Shown here: positions 56,657 to 57,767 of the stretch, piece by piece
Numbering within the stretch: position 1 is the first letter of the stretch
Layout: the number at the start of each line of letters is the position of its first letter
Assembly (NCBI GenBank): GCA_964404795.1
Contig: CAYOLI010000005.1
Location: 1 to 57,767 of the forward strand
DNA: 57,767 bases
Direction of reading: 5' to 3'
Source: an uncultured Candidatus Saccharibacteria bacterium
GTDB taxonomy: Bacteria; Patescibacteriota; Saccharimonadia; Saccharimonadales; 2-12-FULL-41-12
Program-made: the position numbers and the translations under genes
Notes under the pieces: model-generated
The model's database searches: none
What the model was told of the DNA's origin: nothing
The model's input: the letters and a program-made list of their open reading frames with translations, nothing else

Positions 56657-57388
56657 ATGTCTGAACATTTTCAAGACCAAACGCGCCTTCTTTCTATCGA
56701 GGAAAAAGAACAACTTCATGACGAAGCTACTAGTTTTGCCCACTACTGGGTATCTCGCGGTAATGCTAGCCGAGAAGACGTTAAAAGGACGATAGATCTT
56801 GTTAGCACAGCCACCAGATGGCTTTTAGATAGGAATTTTCATATTGGCGATCAAAACGATATAGCAGAGCTAGTAGAAAAATTGCACCCCACTATCAGAG
56901 AAGAACGCCGCCATCTAGAGCGAAAAGCCAATACTGACCCTTTAACAGGGCTTGCCAACAAAGAACAATTTAACCTAGCGAGAGTATCGGCCGACACAGA
57001 TGAAGAAGTTGGCTTTATATTTGTAGACGCTGTAAATTTTAAAAAACTTAACGATACTCATGGCCAAGAGGCGGGCGACGCTGAGATAATTGCCATCGCA
57101 AACCACGTCAAAGCTCAAGCCGACCAATACGGATACGGAGGTAGGACATTTAGAATCGGTGGAGACGAGTTCGCTGTAATTGCACCAAATACAGTTATCG
57201 ACGACTTAAGACAAGATATTATCGAAAAGTACGACCAATCAAAGACCAATAACATCACTAGCTTACGTGTCGCAAAAGGTACTACCTACGACGAGACTAT
57301 ACAAAACATGGTCGAATTAAAAAAAGAAGAGAAAAGCAAAGGCAAGCTACTCGGTAGAATTGCCACTCAGCTTAGGGCCAGTTTCTAG
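56657..57388 (+). CDS. GGDEF-domain diguanylate cyclase with short N-terminal domain
   Basis: DPLTGLANK, the FVDAVNFKKLND metal site and the active site RIGGDEFAV are present. There is no RxxD I-site 5 residues upstream of GGDEF, no TM helix, and the N-terminal 85 aa are unassigned. Confidence 0.85.
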   Translation: MSEHFQDQTRLLSIEEKEQLHDEATSFAHYWVSRGNASREDVKRTIDLVSTATRWLLDRNFHIGDQNDIAELVEKLHPTIREERRHLERKANTDPLTGLANKEQFNLARVSADTDEEVGFIFVDAVNFKKLNDTHGQEAGDAEIIAIANHVKAQADQYGYGGRTFRIGGDEFAVIAPNTVIDDLRQDIIEKYDQSKTNNITSLRVAKGTTYDETIQNMVELKKEEKSKGKLLGRIATQLRASF

Positions 57389-57434
57389 TATCAATCAATA
57401 AAACTCCCTTTTTAAGTTATAATATTTTTGTTGT

Positions 57435-57690
57435 TGGGGATTAGCCAAGTGTGAGAATAGCTGGTAGCTATTCGCAAGAGAATCTTTCAGGGTGCAACTG
57501 GTTGCATACATGAAAGTTCTGTGGGCAGGCGGAGCTTGTCAAGGCAGTAGAGGTCCATGGTCCCATGATCGGGGTGAGGGTTGCCTGTGGCAATCCGCAA
57601 GGAAACCTTCCGATGGCAACTAGTTTGCCAATAGTGAAGTTTCGGGCCTGCTGAAAGTAGGTCGAATCTCGATTCGAACCCCTTCGTACG
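57435..57690 (+). ncRNA. unclassified hairpin-rich RNA-like element derived from, or related to, tRNA-Gln
   Basis: It has no ORF. Its own TATAAT (57418..57423) lies 11 nt upstream. It shares three collinear blocks with the downstream tRNA-Gln: TGGGGATTAGCCAAG (57435-49), AAGGCAGT (57541-48) and TGGTCCCATGATCGGGG (57558-74). Several perfect local hairpins are present (57455-73, 57493-506, 57579-96, 57614-30, 57664-76). The boundaries are approximate. Confidence 0.45.
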
Positions 57691-57712
57691 TTATAATCAG
57701 AAGGTTTATTGA

Positions 57713-57767
57713 TGGGGATTAGCCAAGCGGTAAGGCAGTGGGTTCTGGTCCCATGATCGGGGGTTCG
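57713..57767 (+). tRNA. tRNA-Gln (anticodon CUG), 3' part beyond window end
   Basis: It reads TGGGGAT-TA-GCC-AAGCGGTAA-GGC-A-GTGGG-TTCTGGT-CCCAT-GATC-GGGGG-TTCG..., collinear with E. coli tRNA-Gln (U1 start, D-loop AAGCGGTAA). The anticodon loop is TT-CTG-GT. A TATAAT at 57692..57697 lies upstream. Confidence 0.85.

Noticed and set aside
57435-57690. Identification of the tRNA-Gln-like RNA as RNase P RNA, tmRNA, SRP/4.5S RNA or a group I intron-containing tRNA.
   Set aside because: RNase P RNA is ruled out by the lack of the GGAAAGTCCGGGC / ACAGAACCCGGCTTA P4 strands. tmRNA is ruled out because there is no 3' acceptor complement, no ..TCCACCA end and no tag ORF. SRP RNA is ruled out by the lack of the GGAAGCAGCC domain IV motif. 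A group I intron is ruled out by the lack of P7/R-S core sequences, and because the downstream tRNA-Gln has its own complete 5' half, so it is not exon 2.
57418-57767. The duplicated tRNA-Gln 5' segment as attL/attR of an integrated mobile element.
   Set aside because: Integrases normally duplicate the tRNA 3' part, whereas here the 5' end plus internal blocks are repeated collinearly. The enclosed segment is only about 270 nt, and no integrase or other mobile gene is visible. However, sequence beyond the window end cannot be inspected.
1-57767. Alternative genetic code (UGA recoding, as in some CPR lineages), CRISPR arrays, IS elements, prophage or defence islands.
   Set aside because: All conserved genes are full-length under the standard code, and several end at TGA (for example pepN at 17433-17435 and the CAP protein at 23161-23163). 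No spaced direct repeats, transposase, integrase or phage genes were seen, and no recognisable defence domains.

Overview
This is a 57.8-kb, gene-dense bacterial chromosome segment with about 56 protein genes, roughly 90% coding and moderately AT-rich. Most genes lie on the minus strand, with short plus-strand islands between them. The content is almost entirely housekeeping. It includes recG-rsmD, tyrS, a class A PBP, radA, clpC, nusA, pepN, rnhB-yraN, rplS, a malic enzyme, a PilB-type ATPase, dnaE, galU, gatCAB, uvrB and one prepilin. There is also a compact sugar-phosphate operon (PfkB kinase, class II FBA, split transketolase, rpe, rpiB, gap), followed by ppa, trxB with an NrdH-like redoxin, pheST, yajQ, rmuC, ZIP and CorA transporters, a PAP2 protein and a minimal GGDEF cyclase. 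A tRNA-Leu(UAG) sits at the left edge and a truncated tRNA-Gln(CUG) at the right edge. The gene set and compaction suggest a reduced-genome Patescibacteria/CPR organism, possibly Saccharibacteria-like, but this is inference only. The standard genetic code fits, since TGA acts as a stop. I saw no transposase, integrase, prophage, CRISPR array or recognisable defence or toxin system, so I do not claim a new multi-gene system. The most interesting signals are regulatory or RNA-level. (1) A hairpin-rich non-coding segment of about 255 nt lies upstream of tRNA-Gln; it carries its own copy of the tRNA-Gln promoter plus three collinear blocks of tRNA-Gln sequence. (2) A perfect CIRCE (HrcA) operator is embedded in the clpC promoter. 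(3) At about 15 first-in-unit genes, a TA(T/C)AAT box lies 6-12 nt from the start codon, implying leaderless or near-leaderless mRNAs, while internal operon genes carry AGGAG-type SD sites. (4) An intrinsic-terminator-like hairpin with a U6 tract lies in the nusA leader. (5) Every convergent gene junction has 4 bp or less of spacer, or overlapping stop codons. Several orphan proteins are flagged: a 390-aa ORF paired with a LOG/TIGR00725-like protein, a membrane HExxH coiled-coil protein between clpC and radA, and a membrane ORF inside gatCAB.
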